DNA of 64,000 nucleotides from Escherichia coli (GCF_965641715.1 NZ_OZ282453.1), one strand, 5' to 3'; positions 44,897 to 63,836 are shown, counted from the stretch's first letter. Notes: generated by a model from the sequence alone, not told the origin. Numbers and translations: made by a program.

Positions 44897-46431
44897 TAGC
44901 GGAGTCCTTGTCTGACATAACCTACCCATTTTGCGACTAACGCGGTCAGGGCAAAAATAATAAGCGGTAATAGCAGTTGCCATAAAGCCTGGGCGGCGAG
45001 AATACCGTTGCTGCCGCCGCTGCTTAATGCCACCGCCTCAGTGGTGAGCGTCGGAAAACGCCCCGCGCCCAGCCACAGCGTCGGCATATACTGCGCAATA
45101 CTGACTGAAAATCCCACCGCGAAGGCAATCAGCGTAGGGCGCAACATGAGTGGGCATTTCACGTAAAAGAAGATTTTGGCCCGCGACCAGCCCAGTGTTT
45201 GTGCAATCAAAATTAACCGTGAATCAATGCGCTGCCAGGCGGGTTGCAGGATAAACAGCATCCACGGCATTACCCACAGCAGATGCCCCCAGACCACCGC
45301 CGTCCAGCTTCCATCCATGTTCAGCCAGAGCGCCAGCGTGTACTGGCCCGCCACCAGTGGCAGAGCGGGTAATAAAATGGGCAACCATAGCCACAACTGG
45401 CGACGCTGTGGCCCCCATTCCAGCCACAGCAGTAACAGGAGCAAAGCGATGAATGTTGCTACCAGCCCCATTGTCAGGCTTTTGATGAGCGCTTCACTAT
45501 TGATCGTCGACTGATCCGCGAGGATCGCCAGCAGAACCACACACAGCACACCGGTCAAGGGTAAAAAACTCGCCAGCGTAATGCCTGGCAATAAAGGCGT
45601 GGCAGGCTTACGAACGCCATCTACGCGGGGAATAGTACGCCGCCAGGTACACCATAGCAGATAGCCCAGCAAAACGTAGGCGGCGAGTAACAACATCAGC
45701 AGCAGGCTGGCGAGTGCGCCTTTAATCTGTTGATCGGTATCGCCCTGGGTTAACCACTGCCAGCTAATTACCGCAAGCGTCGGTGGATTACCTGGCCCAA
45801 GAATAATCGCCACATCCACGACCGACAGCGACCAGGCAACAATCGCCAGCATCGCCATTGCAAGTGCAGGAGCAACGGAGGGCAACAGCAGCCAGTTCAA
45901 ACATTGCCAACGGCTGTAACCCAGCGAATCCAGCACAATGACCTGCTGCAACAGCCGTTTTTCACTCAATACCGCTGCTAAGATCCACAGCAGAAATGCG
46001 CTTTCTTTCACCGCCAGCGTGAAGCCCAGCCCAATACCCAATTTGTCCATTGGCGGAGTGAAATACGGGAAATAGTCATAAAGCAGCCCTCCGTCAGCAA
46101 AGAGCAGAAGGGCGCTGGTGGCAAAAGCCACATGGGGAATGGCGAGCAGCCACGGCAGACGGGTGCACATACGCTGCCATTTCGGCCCAGGCCACAGCGC
46201 CACAATCACCAGCAGGGCAATCAACAACGCCCCGACCGCCGCGATGGTTGTCGACACCAGCGTTGCCAGTAATGCCTGCGGTAACTGTGGATCGGCAAAT
46301 AACGCCTGCCAGTGTGTCAACGACAAAGCAGGCGATATCAGCGTGAGAGCTGCCGGGATCAGCGGTGCATAAATCACCGCCACCATCGCCCACAGCAAAA
46401 AGATTAATGCGTACCGTAACGGTGTAGCCAT
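44896..46431 (-). CDS. ynjC: ABC transporter permease (fused two-domain)
   Basis: ORF 44896-46455 trimmed to the Met at 46431 (511 aa); about 12 TM segments. Confidence 0.85.
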   Translation of the reverse strand: MATPLRYALIFLLWAMVAVIYAPLIPAALTLISPALSLTHWQALFADPQLPQALLATLVSTTIAAVGALLIALLVIVALWPGPKWQRMCTRLPWLLAIPHVAFATSALLLFADGGLLYDYFPYFTPPMDKLGIGLGFTLAVKESAFLLWILAAVLSEKRLLQQVIVLDSLGYSRWQCLNWLLLPSVAPALAMAMLAIVAWSLSVVDVAIILGPGNPPTLAVISWQWLTQGDTDQQIKGALASLLLMLLLAAYVLLGYLLWCTWRRTIPRVDGVRKPATPLLPGITLASFLPLTGVLCVVLLAILADQSTINSEALIKSLTMGLVATFIALLLLLLWLEWGPQRRQLWLWLPILLPALPLVAGQYTLALWLNMDGSWTAVVWGHLLWVMPWMLFILQPAWQRIDSRLILIAQTLGWSRAKIFFYVKCPLMLRPTLIAFAVGFSVSIAQYMPTLWLGAGRFPTLTTEAVALSSGGSNGILAAQALWQLLLPLIIFALTALVAKWVGYVRQGLR

Positions 46432-47570
46432 TCTTGTTCCAGCGCATTTACCCAACCTGCGTGCGGTTCAGCCAGTACTGGCGGCAGATCTTGAGGCATT
46501 CTTGATTGCAATGTTTCGCGCTGCCCATCAGGCAGTTTTTGCGGATCGAGAACAGAAGGATCGCCCCAGACAGCGGGATCTGCTTTACGCAATTGCGCAT
46601 CGGGTGAGAGCAAGAAATTGGCAACTACCTTCGCCGCAGCACTGGCATTCGCGTTGGCAGGAATGGTGACGAAATGCACGTTGCCAATCATCCCCTCGCG
46701 AAAGCCAAAGCTGTAACTGCTTGCAGGCAAATCGCCGCTGGCGATTTTTTGCTGCGCATGCGCGGGGTTAAAGGTCAGCGACAGGCGCAATGTGCCGGAT
46801 TTCAGCAGAGCATCCATCCGCGCGGGCGAAGGCGGGAAATCCTTTCCTTCGCGCCACAAATACGGATGCAGCGCATCAAGATATTGCCACAAGGGAGCAG
46901 TGACACGGGCGAAAGTCGCATCGTCCGGCGCTTCTTTTAATGCGGCGGGATCGGGCGTCAGCATAATCAGCAACTGTTCAAGAAACGCCGTGCCGGTAAA
47001 GTCCGGTGGGCGCGGATAGGTAACCGTGCCGGGATTGGCTTTAGCAAACTCCAGTAAGGCTTGCGGCGTTTGTGGTGGCTGTGGCGTAACATCGCGGCGG
47101 GCGATAAATGTCAGTTGTGCGCCCCCCCAGGGCGATTCAGCCCCTTCTGTAGGCACTGAAAAATCTTCCCGCACCGGCAGCTGTGTGTCGACATAGCGCC
47201 AGTTGGGCAGAGTCTCTGCCCAGTCGGTTTGCAGTAAATTGGCCTCTTTTAAGGTGCGGAAGTTTTCGCCGTTCACCCAGAGTAGATCCACCGAGCCGCC
47301 CGTTTTACGTCCGGCTGCGGCTTCGGTCTGAATGCGCTTCACCGCGTCTGCGGCATCCGCCAGACGGACAATCTTCAGGTTTATAGCGTAATGGGTTTTC
47401 ATCTCGCCGCTCACCCAGTCGAGATAGCGGTTAATTGCGGTATCGCCGCCCCAGGCGTTAAACCAGACGGTTTGCCCTTTGGCCTCATTTTTAATTTCTT
47501 GCCAGTCACTGGCATGTGTTGCCAGAGAAAACAGCGAGAACAATCCCAGCAACCACCCACAATGGCGCAT
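46404..47570 (-). CDS. ynjB: ABC transporter periplasmic substrate-binding protein
   Basis: 388-aa ORF with a signal peptide; overlaps the ynjC start. Confidence 0.85.
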   Translation of the reverse strand: MRHCGWLLGLFSLFSLATHASDWQEIKNEAKGQTVWFNAWGGDTAINRYLDWVSGEMKTHYAINLKIVRLADAADAVKRIQTEAAAGRKTGGSVDLLWVNGENFRTLKEANLLQTDWAETLPNWRYVDTQLPVREDFSVPTEGAESPWGGAQLTFIARRDVTPQPPQTPQALLEFAKANPGTVTYPRPPDFTGTAFLEQLLIMLTPDPAALKEAPDDATFARVTAPLWQYLDALHPYLWREGKDFPPSPARMDALLKSGTLRLSLTFNPAHAQQKIASGDLPASSYSFGFREGMIGNVHFVTIPANANASAAAKVVANFLLSPDAQLRKADPAVWGDPSVLDPQKLPDGQRETLQSRMPQDLPPVLAEPHAGWVNALEQEWLHRYGTH

Positions 47571-47579
47571 CATCTCTCC

Positions 47580-48128
47580 TTAAGAACGTTTTTCCGGAAT
47601 ACGGCACAGCCCCTGAGCGGGAATGTCCATGGCAGAATTAAAACGAGCCGACAGGTTTTGCAGGCCGATCAATGCCGTCAGTTCGGTGAGCGCCTGAGCG
47701 TCAAAATGCGCAGCCAGTCGGGTACGCAGGGCATCATCGACCGTTGGCGGCGTTACGCTTGCGGCTTCGGCGTACTCCAGCGCCAGCCGTTCTTCATCGC
47801 TAAAGAGCGGGCTTTGCCGCCAGTCAGCCACTGCCAGCAGTTTATCGCTGCTGCCGGTGCGCTCGGCGACTTTCATACTGGTGATATCCACACAAAACTC
47901 ACACAGGCACATTTGCGCAATGCGCGCGCTGACAAGCGATCGTACTACCGGATCGAGCGGTGAGCGTTTGCGCTCCAGCCAGCCAACAAACATCGACACC
48001 AGATAAAAGATAAACGGGATCCGCCCCCACCAGCGAATGGGGCTTAGCACCTCGCCGTAATGGCGACGATGCAGCCACGCCTGCGGACGTAAAATGAAAG
48101 GAATTTTGCTAAGCGGCGGTAAACCCAT
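47580..48128 (-). CDS. ynjA: AhpD-like (carboxymuconolactone decarboxylase family) protein
   Basis: 182-aa ORF with a CxxC motif (CEFC). Confidence 0.85.
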   Translation of the reverse strand: MGLPPLSKIPFILRPQAWLHRRHYGEVLSPIRWWGRIPFIFYLVSMFVGWLERKRSPLDPVVRSLVSARIAQMCLCEFCVDITSMKVAERTGSSDKLLAVADWRQSPLFSDEERLALEYAEAASVTPPTVDDALRTRLAAHFDAQALTELTALIGLQNLSARFNSAMDIPAQGLCRIPEKRS

Positions 48129-48834
48129 CAGGCATTCCTCTTCTGGCGCTCAAGCCATATTTTCTTCGCCATAAAAATCACCACGGTCAGGGCAAACAGA
48201 ATAAACAGTCCGGTGACAAACCAGAAGGTACCGCCTGTTAACATGCTGCCCGCCCAGGAATAAACAATAGTCGCCGGTAACTGACCAAGCCCGGTGGCGA
48301 TAAAAAACGAGCGAAAACGTATTGAAGTCAAACCGGCAGCATAGCTGATTGGATCGAAAGGGACAAAAGGCAATAACCGACAGACCAGGATAGTGTGTTT
48401 GCCGTAGCGAGTGAAAAAGCCGTCCATACTGTCAAGTACGGTTTTGCCGGTTAATTTTTCCACCACTTCGCGGCCCATCACTCTGGCGATAAAAAAGCAC
48501 AGCGCGCGCCGGCCATCGAACTGGTCCACGACAGCAAGCCGCCCCAGAGCGCGCCAAACAGCGACGCATTGGCAAAGGTGATCAAAAACGCAGGTAGCGG
48601 TGCAGCAATGGCCTGTAAAATCATCAACAAGAACGAGACAACTGCCGCCAGTGCGCCGTAAGACTGAATAAAGCGTTCTATACCCTGTTGGTCCACGGCG
48701 GCAAACGCCGCAACGCTGCGATTGATAAACTCATGGACGCCGGGAAGCAGCGCCCATGCCAGCAGCATAGCGAACAACAGGATGATGAGGGTTATACGGT
48801 AGTACCAGATTTTTCGCGATTGCATCTTCATCAT
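48128..48834 (-). pseudogene. ydjZ: DedA/TVP38-family membrane protein gene split by a frameshift
   Basis: Two overlapping reverse-strand ORFs in different frames (48478-48834 and 48128-48529) together cover one DedA-like protein; the frame switch maps to the GC-dinucleotide run at about 48501-48510. Confidence 0.65.
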
Positions 48835-48848
48835 CCTTTATCCTGGCT

Positions 48849-49541
48849 TTATTCGGTGATTTTAAAGGTAACCGTTGCCAGCGTGTTATCCGCCGGGAGA
48901 ACCGAGGCATTGCCTTTGAATTTAACTTCACCTCGTTTTTCAACCGCACCATAAGTGTATGTTGCATTGCTGACGATGCCGACCGGGCAGCTATCCAGAC
49001 ACACCAGGCAGCCCGTTTTCTTCTCTTCTGCTGCCGTTAAATTACCGCCAAAGCGCATGTCCAGTTTCTTGCCATTACTGTCAACAATCACTTCATCGAA
49101 GGAATACGTTTTTGCTGCCCCTTGCCAGTTGACCGAAATATCCAGTTTGCTGCCTGTGACATGAGTCGTTTCTTTATTATCCATCGTCATGTTTTCGCCC
49201 GGTGTACCACCTGCCTCTTTCAGGGCTTCATAAAATGCTTTCGGGGTCGCATAACCCATAAACAGCGATTTATGTCCGTTGGAGCCATCTTTAAACACAA
49301 TACCGTGACGAGTGTCGTCGGTGAGGAAACGACCATTAATTTGCACCAGCATGGTTACCATATGGTTATTGGCATCGACGCGCAGCGGTTGGCTGTTCGA
49401 AAGTCCGTCGTATTCCACTTTTGCCGCCGCATTCTCTTTTTGATCGCAGCCGCTAAGCCCAGTAATAGCCAGTAAGCAGAGTGCAGTCAGTCCTTTTTTC
49501 CATGACACTGAATAATGTTGCAATATCGTTCTATCCTTCAT
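48849..49541 (-). CDS. ydjY: Predicted exported protein/lipoprotein
   Basis: ORF 48849-49688; internal Met at 49541 gives a signal peptide with lipobox (LSGCDQ); exact start uncertain. Confidence 0.7.
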   Translation of the reverse strand: MKDRTILQHYSVSWKKGLTALCLLAITGLSGCDQKENAAAKVEYDGLSNSQPLRVDANNHMVTMLVQINGRFLTDDTRHGIVFKDGSNGHKSLFMGYATPKAFYEALKEAGGTPGENMTMDNKETTHVTGSKLDISVNWQGAAKTYSFDEVIVDSNGKKLDMRFGGNLTAAEEKKTGCLVCLDSCPVGIVSNATYTYGAVEKRGEVKFKGNASVLPADNTLATVTFKITE

Positions 49542-50241
49542 TTTTTGGGTGAGTAAGTGGGTTGCGGCGCGAAGCAGACAGATCCACATGTTTGTGTCGG
49601 GCGTAGAGTTTGGCGAGCTGGACGAGAATAAACAGCGCCAGGCCCGCCAGACAGAGTTGTAAAATAAAGCGCAGCGTAATGCCTTCATTGGCGAGATCGC
49701 TTGCCATCACGGTATAAATTACGATTCCGGGCAGGGTGGTTAATGCCGAAATAAGGGTATAGGGCCAGAAAGCAATAGCGGTTAATCCGTAAGCGTAATT
49801 TTGAATATTGTACGGAAACAGCGGAATTAAGCGGGTCAGAATAAGAAAATCGATGCCGTTACGCGCAATGCCTTTTTCAATGGCCTGGAAGGTATGGCTA
49901 TGGCCAACGTATTTCAGCAGTAAATCACGTCCCATCCAGCGCGCCAGCAGGAATGAGCACGAGGAGGCCAGCGTGGCGGCAATTAATGAGAGTAGTGTCC
50001 CTAAGAACGGGCCAAAAACTATTCCTCCCGCGATCACCAATATGCTTCCTGGTAACAGAAAGAGGGTGGCAATGATGAATAACAGAATATAGAGGCTATA
50101 ACCGAACAATCCGCTCTGGCGAATGAGTGTCTGTAAGTGGGGTAAATCGGTGAGCAGATCGAATAAACCGAAAGCGTGGATAGCGTAAATGACCAGCGCA
50201 AAAATAAGACAGGCAAAAAGAAATTTACGCTCAGCGTTCAT
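49531..50241 (-). CDS. ydjX: DedA/TVP38/TMEM64-family membrane protein
   Basis: ORF 49531-50289 trimmed to the Met at 50241 (236 aa, MNAERKFLFACLIFAL...). Confidence 0.85.
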   Translation of the reverse strand: MNAERKFLFACLIFALVIYAIHAFGLFDLLTDLPHLQTLIRQSGLFGYSLYILLFIIATLFLLPGSILVIAGGIVFGPFLGTLLSLIAATLASSCSFLLARWMGRDLLLKYVGHSHTFQAIEKGIARNGIDFLILTRLIPLFPYNIQNYAYGLTAIAFWPYTLISALTTLPGIVIYTVMASDLANEGITLRFILQLCLAGLALFILVQLAKLYARHKHVDLSASRRNPLTHPKNEG

Positions 50242-50407
50242 CGTGGAGTTTCCTATATCAAACTTGATAATAGAGAAGTGGTCAGACAACTAAAAACGCA
50301 GTGACGGTATAACAAAGGGCGGCAGGCAACAAATCATTACTGACAGTTTGTTGATTTTTCTCAAGGTTAATTCTCCTGACCCAGTTTGAGCCAGGAGAGC
50401 TGCTAAA

Positions 50408-51214
50408 TTAGCGGCGGAAGGTCGCCCAGACGGGGGCGTGATCGGACGGTTTTTCCATGCTGCGGATTTCATAGTCGATGCCGGTTTCTACGCAACATTC
50501 TGCCAGCGGTTGGCTGGCGAGCAGCAGGTCGATGCGCAGACCACGGTTATCGTCAAAACCTTTTGAGCGGTAATCAAACCATGAGAAACGATCTGCTGTT
50601 TGCGGATTCGCATGGCGGAAGGTATCAACCAATCCCCAGCTCATCAGTCTCTCCATCCATTCGCGTTCCTCCGGAAGGAAAGAACATTTTCCGGTACGCA
50701 GCCAGCGCTTACGGTTTTCTTCGCCAATGCCGATATCCAGATCTGTAGGGCTGATATTCATATCGCCCATAATCAGTACCGGATTATCACGTTTGAGTTC
50801 GGTTTCCAGATAGTTTTGCAGATTCTGATAAAACTGCGCCTTTGCCGGGAATTTTATCGGATGGTCGCGGCTTTCACCCTGCGGGAAGTAACCGTTGATC
50901 ACGGTGACATTACCCAGCGGTGAGGGGATTTCCGCCATAATAATTCGCCGCTGCGCCTCTTCGTCGTCACCGGGAAAACCGCGACGCACGGCAATCGGCG
51001 TCTCTTTGGTCAGCAGCGCCACGCCATAATGGCCTTTCTGCCCGTGATAAAACACGTTGTAGCCGAGCTTCGCCACCTCTTCGAGCGGAAACATATCGTC
51101 ATGAACTTTTGTCTCCTGCAGGCCAATCACATCCGGTTGGTGCTTTTCGACGATGGCTTCAAGCTGGTGGGGCCTGGCGCGCAGGCCGTTGATATTAAAA
51201 GAGACAAATTTCAT
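50408..51214 (-). CDS. xthA: Exodeoxyribonuclease III
   Basis: ORF trimmed to the Met at 51214 (268 aa, [17 protein letters not shown]...). Confidence 0.9.
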   Translation of the reverse strand: MKFVSFNINGLRARPHQLEAIVEKHQPDVIGLQETKVHDDMFPLEEVAKLGYNVFYHGQKGHYGVALLTKETPIAVRRGFPGDDEEAQRRIIMAEIPSPLGNVTVINGYFPQGESRDHPIKFPAKAQFYQNLQNYLETELKRDNPVLIMGDMNISPTDLDIGIGEENRKRWLRTGKCSFLPEEREWMERLMSWGLVDTFRHANPQTADRFSWFDYRSKGFDDNRGLRIDLLLASQPLAECCVETGIDYEIRSMEKPSDHAPVWATFRR

Positions 51215-51571
51215 AGTCGCTGCCATTTATTCAGATAAAGAGTGCGTGGATGGTAGCAGAATTTCGCTTTGCTTACCGCCTGTTGTTAAGTGATTTGATC
51301 GATGGTTGTTAATGATGTCAACGATGGAGCAAAAAATGCCCGCTGTTGGTGCGCGCTGCGTCAGAATGGCGCAGTAATTTCCAGTAAATTTCGTCAATGA
51401 TCACAATTCCAGAATTATATTTTACTTCTGCATAACATTGCGTTTTTTATTCTTTTTATTCACCCACATCGCAAACGTATTCACTTAATATGCACTTTAA
51501 ATGCATATGGTTTGGTTATAACTCCTTGATTTCCAGTTAGCCTCCGCCGTTTATGCACTTTTATCACTGGC

Positions 51572-51587
51572 TGGCACGAACCCTGCA
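51572..51587 (+). promoter_or_regulatory. Sigma-54 (-24/-12) promoter of the ast operon
   Basis: tggcacgaaccctgca matches TGGCACG-N4-TTGCA with correct GG/GC spacing, about 75 bp upstream of the astC ATG; astCADBE is known to be NtrC/sigma-54 and ArgR/sigma-S controlled. Confidence 0.55.
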
Positions 51588-51623
51588 ATCTACATTTACA
51601 GCGAAAACATTACTTATTATTAA

Positions 51624-57687
<6,064 letters not shown>

Positions 57688-58016
57688 TACTTACCCGCAG
57701 AAATCATTCTGCGGGTATTAAGTTGCTTTCTTATAAATTAATACAGATTAATCCTGGTTATTTGCTTTATTTATCACCAGTCATCCGGTATAGTTCTTCA
57801 TAATCTCTGCAAAATCATCGTGTTGTAATATTCGCTCATCACTCTCCATCAAATTTTCTTTTTTTCTCCATAATTGGCGCAAAAGTGTTTTTTACACTTT
57901 CATTGTTTTACCGTTGCTCTGATTAATTGACGCTAAAGTCAGTAAAGTTAATCTCGTCAACACGGCACGCTACTTAAGAAAGCCGTAATAAATAACTGAA
58001 AGGAAGGATATAGAAT

Positions 58017-58502
58017 ATGCGTAAATTAACTGCACTGTTTGTTGCCTCTACCCTGGCTCTTGGCGCGGCTAACCTGGCCCATGCCGCAGACACCACTACC
58101 GCAGCACCGGCTGACGCGAAGCCGATGATGCACCACAAAGGCAAGTTCGGTCCGCATCAGGACATGATGTTCAAAGACCTGAACCTGACCGACGCGCAGA
58201 AACAGCAGATCCGCGAAATCATGAAAGGCCAGCGTGACCAGATGAAACGTCCGCCGCTGGAAGAACGCCGCGCAATGCATGACATCATTGCCAGCGATAC
58301 CTTCGATAAAGCAAAAGCTGAAGCGCAGATCGCAAAAATGGAAGAACAGCGCAAAGCTAACATGCTGGCGCACATGGAAACCCAGAACAAAATTTACAAC
58401 ATCCTGACGCCGGAACAGAAAAAGCAATTTAATGCTAATTTTGAGAAGCGTCTGACAGAACGTCCAGCGGCAAAAGGTAAAATGCCTGCAACTGCTGAAT
58501 AA
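58017..58502 (+). CDS. spy: Periplasmic ATP-independent chaperone Spy
   Basis: 161-aa ORF with signal peptide and LTPEQ/LTDAQ repeats. Confidence 0.95.
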   Translation: MRKLTALFVASTLALGAANLAHAADTTTAAPADAKPMMHHKGKFGPHQDMMFKDLNLTDAQKQQIREIMKGQRDQMKRPPLEERRAMHDIIASDTFDKAKAEAQIAKMEEQRKANMLAHMETQNKIYNILTPEQKKQFNANFEKRLTERPAAKGKMPATAE

Positions 58503-58518
58503 TCTTTCAGCCAAAAAA

Positions 58519-58590
58519 CTTAAGACCGCCGGTCTTGTCCACTACCTTGCAGTAATGCGGTGGACAGGATCGGCGGTTTTCTTTTCTCTT
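58519..58590 (+). terminator. Structured terminator region after spy
   Basis: Nested hairpins (aagaccgccggtctt; gtccac...gtggac; ccgcc...ggcgg) followed by a T/C-rich tract. Confidence 0.5.
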
Positions 58591-58626
58591 CTCAAACAGT
58601 TGTAAAAAAAGCCTGATCACCACTAA

Positions 58627-60127
<1,501 letters not shown>

Positions 60128-60224
60128 TGTTGACTCCGAATGCTGGTTATCTATCCAGTGTAACAGGCGGGAAGCGATTAAAAAAGAGGCGGGTCGATGA
60201 CAAAGGTTACACCGTCTGACGTGC

Positions 60225-60312
60225 TACGCTTGTCAGGCCTATTCGACTCCTGCAATGTATTGAATTTGCATAGTTTTGTAGGTCGAATAAGGCGTTCACG
60301 CCGCATCCGGCG
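60225..60312. repeat. REP element(s) between cho and nadE
   Basis: ttgtaggtcgaataaggcgttcacgccgcatccggcg is a canonical REP unit, with a partial second copy upstream. Confidence 0.65.
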
Positions 60313-60356
60313 TGAACAAATTACTCTTTTTCGCACAATCCAATAGGTGCAAATTA

Positions 60357-61184
60357 TTACTTTTTCCAGAAATCATCGAAAACGGTAATTGGCGGACGGC
60401 GTTTATGTTCGGTTTTCAGATACCAGTTCTCTATTGTTCTGGCGACCTGTTCAGGTACGTTTTTCCCTTCCAGATAGTCGTCGATATTGTCATAGGTCAC
60501 GCCGAGTGCCACTTCATCTGGCAGAGAAGGGCGATCATCTTCCAGATCGGCCGTTGGCGCTTTCTTATAAAGGTGTTCCGGGCAACCTAATGCTGCCAGT
60601 AACTGTTTACCCTGACGTTTGTTGAGACGATACAGTGGATTAATGTCCGTACCGCCGTCACCATATTTAGTGAAGAATCCGGTAATGGCTTCTGCTGCAT
60701 GATCGGTGCCCACCACGACACCGCTGGTCATACCCGCAATGCTATATTGTGCTTTCATCCGCTCACGCGCTTTTTCATTGCCACGGACAAAATCGCTCAG
60801 TTCAATGCCTGCTTCTCGCAATGCCTGCTCGCTAGCCAATACCGCGCCCTTGATATTAACGGTTAATACGCGATCCGGTTGAATAAAGGCAATGGCATCC
60901 TGGCAATCTTGTTCGTCGGCCTGAACACCATAGGGCAGGCGTACGGCAATAAATTGCAGTGATTCGTTGCCGGTTTCCTGGCGCAGCTCATTAATCGCCA
61001 TCTGGCACAGCTTACCGGCAAGCGTGGAGTCCTGACCGCCGCTGATCCCGAGCACCAGTGATTTAATGAACGGATAAGTTTGTAGGTAGCTTTTCAGAAA
61101 ATCGACACTACGACGAATTTCCTCTTCAGCATTAATCTGCGGTTTTGCGCCCAGCGCCTTTATTATTTGTTGTTGCAATGTCAT
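60357..61184 (-). CDS. nadE: NH3-dependent NAD+ synthetase
   Basis: 275-aa ORF with a PP-loop (GISGGQDS). Confidence 0.95.
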
Positions 61185-61385
61185 TGAACCCCTCCAGACA
61201 GAAAAGACAAAACTTCCTTAAAGCTAACCCGTTGCTACTGAAACGACAAGCGACAGCGGGCTGAATGGTGGTTAAAACGTCATACAGGAATCCTCTGAAA
61301 GCGGAGCCGTTTCGTTCATGGGCTTGAAAAAGCGCCCAATGTATTCCAGGCTTATCTAACACGCTGATAAACAAGAGGACGGAAT

Positions 61386-61724
61386 ATGAACAAGAATATG
61401 GCAGGAATTCTGAGTGCAGCGGCGGTATTAACCATGCTGGCGGGTTGTACGGCTTATGATCGTACCAAAGACCAGTTTGTACAGCCTGTGGTGAAAGACG
61501 TCAAAAAAGGCATGAGCCGGGCGCAGGTTGCACAAATTGCGGGTAAACCTTCGTCTGAAGTGAGCATGATCCATGCTCGTGGTACTTGCCAGACCTACAT
61601 CCTGGGTCAACGTGATGGTAAAGCAGAAACCTACTTTGTCGCGTTAGATGATACCGGACATGTCATCAACTCCGGTTATCAGACCTGTGCTGAATACGAC
61701 ACTGATCCACAGGCTGCGAAGTAA
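61386..61724 (+). CDS. osmE: Osmotically inducible lipoprotein E
   Basis: 112-aa ORF with lipobox (LAGCTAY). Confidence 0.9.
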
Positions 61725-61755
61725 TCACTTCGTCTGAAAGCTTGAGTAACAACGG

Positions 61756-61783
61756 AAACCGGCCATTGCGCCGGTTTTTTTTG
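61756..61783 (+). terminator. Rho-independent terminator after osmE
   Basis: Hairpin aaaccggc...gccggttt followed by an 8-T run. Confidence 0.7.
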
Positions 61784-62022
61784 GCCTGAGTTCTTAATTA
61801 TCTTCGCGAATTATTTGCCCGAAATGTGAAGAGGGTCATAACCGCAGGTCAAGGAGAGACAATTTATAAGGTCAAAGAAATACTATTGCTCAGGTCTATA
61901 CCGTATACTCCTTTCAGCCACAAAAAAAGTCATGTTGGTTTCGCAAGTTACCCAGAGCATGGAAGCAGGTTAAGGCTTGCGGAGTGTCTGGCTGACAGAT
62001 AATCGTCGATGAGGGCAGTTTT

Positions 62023-62343
62023 ATGGAAAAGAAACACATTTATCTGTTTTGTTCTGCGGGCATGTCTACCTCTTTACTGGTATCAAAAATGCGCGCACAG
62101 GCAGAAAAATATGAAGTTCCGGTCATTATTGAAGCATTTCCGGAAACACTGGCTGGTGAAAAAGGTCAGAATGCCGATGTCGTGTTATTAGGGCCGCAGA
62201 TTGCTTATATGTTGCCCGAAATCCAGCGTTTGTTACCCAACAAACCGGTTGAAGTAATTGACTCGCTGCTTTATGGCAAAGTCGATGGTTTAGGCGTGCT
62301 TAAGGCTGCGGTTGCAGCGATTAAAAAAGCCGCAGCAAATTAA
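62023..62343 (+). CDS. chbB: PTS chitobiose-specific EIIB component
   Basis: 106-aa ORF with the active-site Cys in [10 protein letters not shown]. Confidence 0.9.
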   Translation: MEKKHIYLFCSAGMSTSLLVSKMRAQAEKYEVPVIIEAFPETLAGEKGQNADVVLLGPQIAYMLPEIQRLLPNKPVEVIDSLLYGKVDGLGVLKAAVAAIKKAAAN

Positions 62344-62427
62344 TTTATTTTAAATTTTCCCGTCAAAGAGTTATTTCATAAATCAATACCGCAATATTTA
62401 AATTGCGGTTTTTAAGGGTATTTTTCT

Positions 62428-63786
62428 ATGAGTAATGTTATTGCATCGCTTGAAAAGGTACTCCTCCCTTTTGCAGTTAAAATAGGAAAGCAGCCACACG
62501 TTAATGCAATCAAAAATGGCTTTATTCGCTTAATGCCGTTAACCCTTGCGGGGGCCATGTTTGTATTAATTAACAACGTTTTTCTAAGCTTTGGGGAGGG
62601 GTCGTTTTTTTATTCCTTAGGTATTCGCCTCGACGCCTCAACCATTGAAACACTTAATGGCCTGAAAGGTATTGGCGGCAACGTATATAACGGAACATTA
62701 GGGATAATGTCTTTAATGGCACCGTTCTTTATTGGCATGGCGCTGGCAGAAGAGCGTAAAGTCGATGCGCTGGCGGCTGGGTTGTTATCCGTTGCAGCAT
62801 TTATGACCGTCACCCCATATAGTGTCGGTGAGGCCTATGCGGTTGGCGCAAACTGGTTAGGTGGGGCGAATATCATCTCCGGGATTATTATTGGCCTGGT
62901 GGTGGCAGAAATGTTTACCTTTATTGTCCGCCGCAATTGGGTCATTAAACTGCCCGACAGCGTACCTGCTTCAGTATCGCGTTCCTTCTCGGCATTAATT
63001 CCCGGCTTTATTATTCTTTCCGTGATGGGGATTATTGCCTGGGCGTTGAATACCTGGGGCACCAACTTCCATCAGATCATTATGGATACCATCTCAACCC
63101 CACTGGCATCGTTGGGTAGCGTGGTGGGCTGGGCCTATGTGATCTTTGTTCCACTGCTCTGGTTCTTCGGTATTCATGGCGCGCTGGCGCTGACCGCACT
63201 GGACAACGGCATTATGACGCCGTGGGCGCTGGAAAATATCGCGACCTATCAGCAATATGGTTCCGTCGAAGCGGCGCTGGCAGCCGGTAAGACCTTCCAT
63301 ATCTGGGCCAAGCCGATGCTGGACTCCTTTATTTTCCTTGGGGGCAGTGGTGCGACTTTAGGCCTGATCCTGGCTATCTTTATCGCCTCTCGCCGTGCTG
63401 ATTATCGTCAGGTGGCAAAACTGGCGCTGCCGTCCGGCATCTTCCAGATTAACGAACCGATTCTGTTTGGTCTGCCAATTATCATGAACCCGGTGATGTT
63501 TATCCCGTTTGTACTGGTACAACCGATTCTGGCGGCAATCACCCTCGCAGCGTACTACATGGGCATTATTCCTCCGGTGACCAATATTGCACCGTGGACC
63601 ATGCCAACCGGTCTGGGAGCCTTCTTTAACACCAACGGTAGCGTCGCCGCATTGCTGGTTGCACTCTTCAACCTTGGTATCGCAACGTTAATTTATCTGC
63701 CCTTTGTTGTGGTGGCTAACAAAGCACAAAACGCGATTGATAAAGAAGAGAGCGAAGAAGATATCGCTAACGCCCTGAAATTTTAA
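62428..63786 (+). CDS. chbC: PTS chitobiose-specific EIIC permease
   Basis: 452-aa polytopic membrane ORF. Confidence 0.9.
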
Positions 63787-63836
63787 TCGATGCCGGTACG
63801 GGTAATCGTGCCGGTAAGAATAGAGAGGAACGATGT

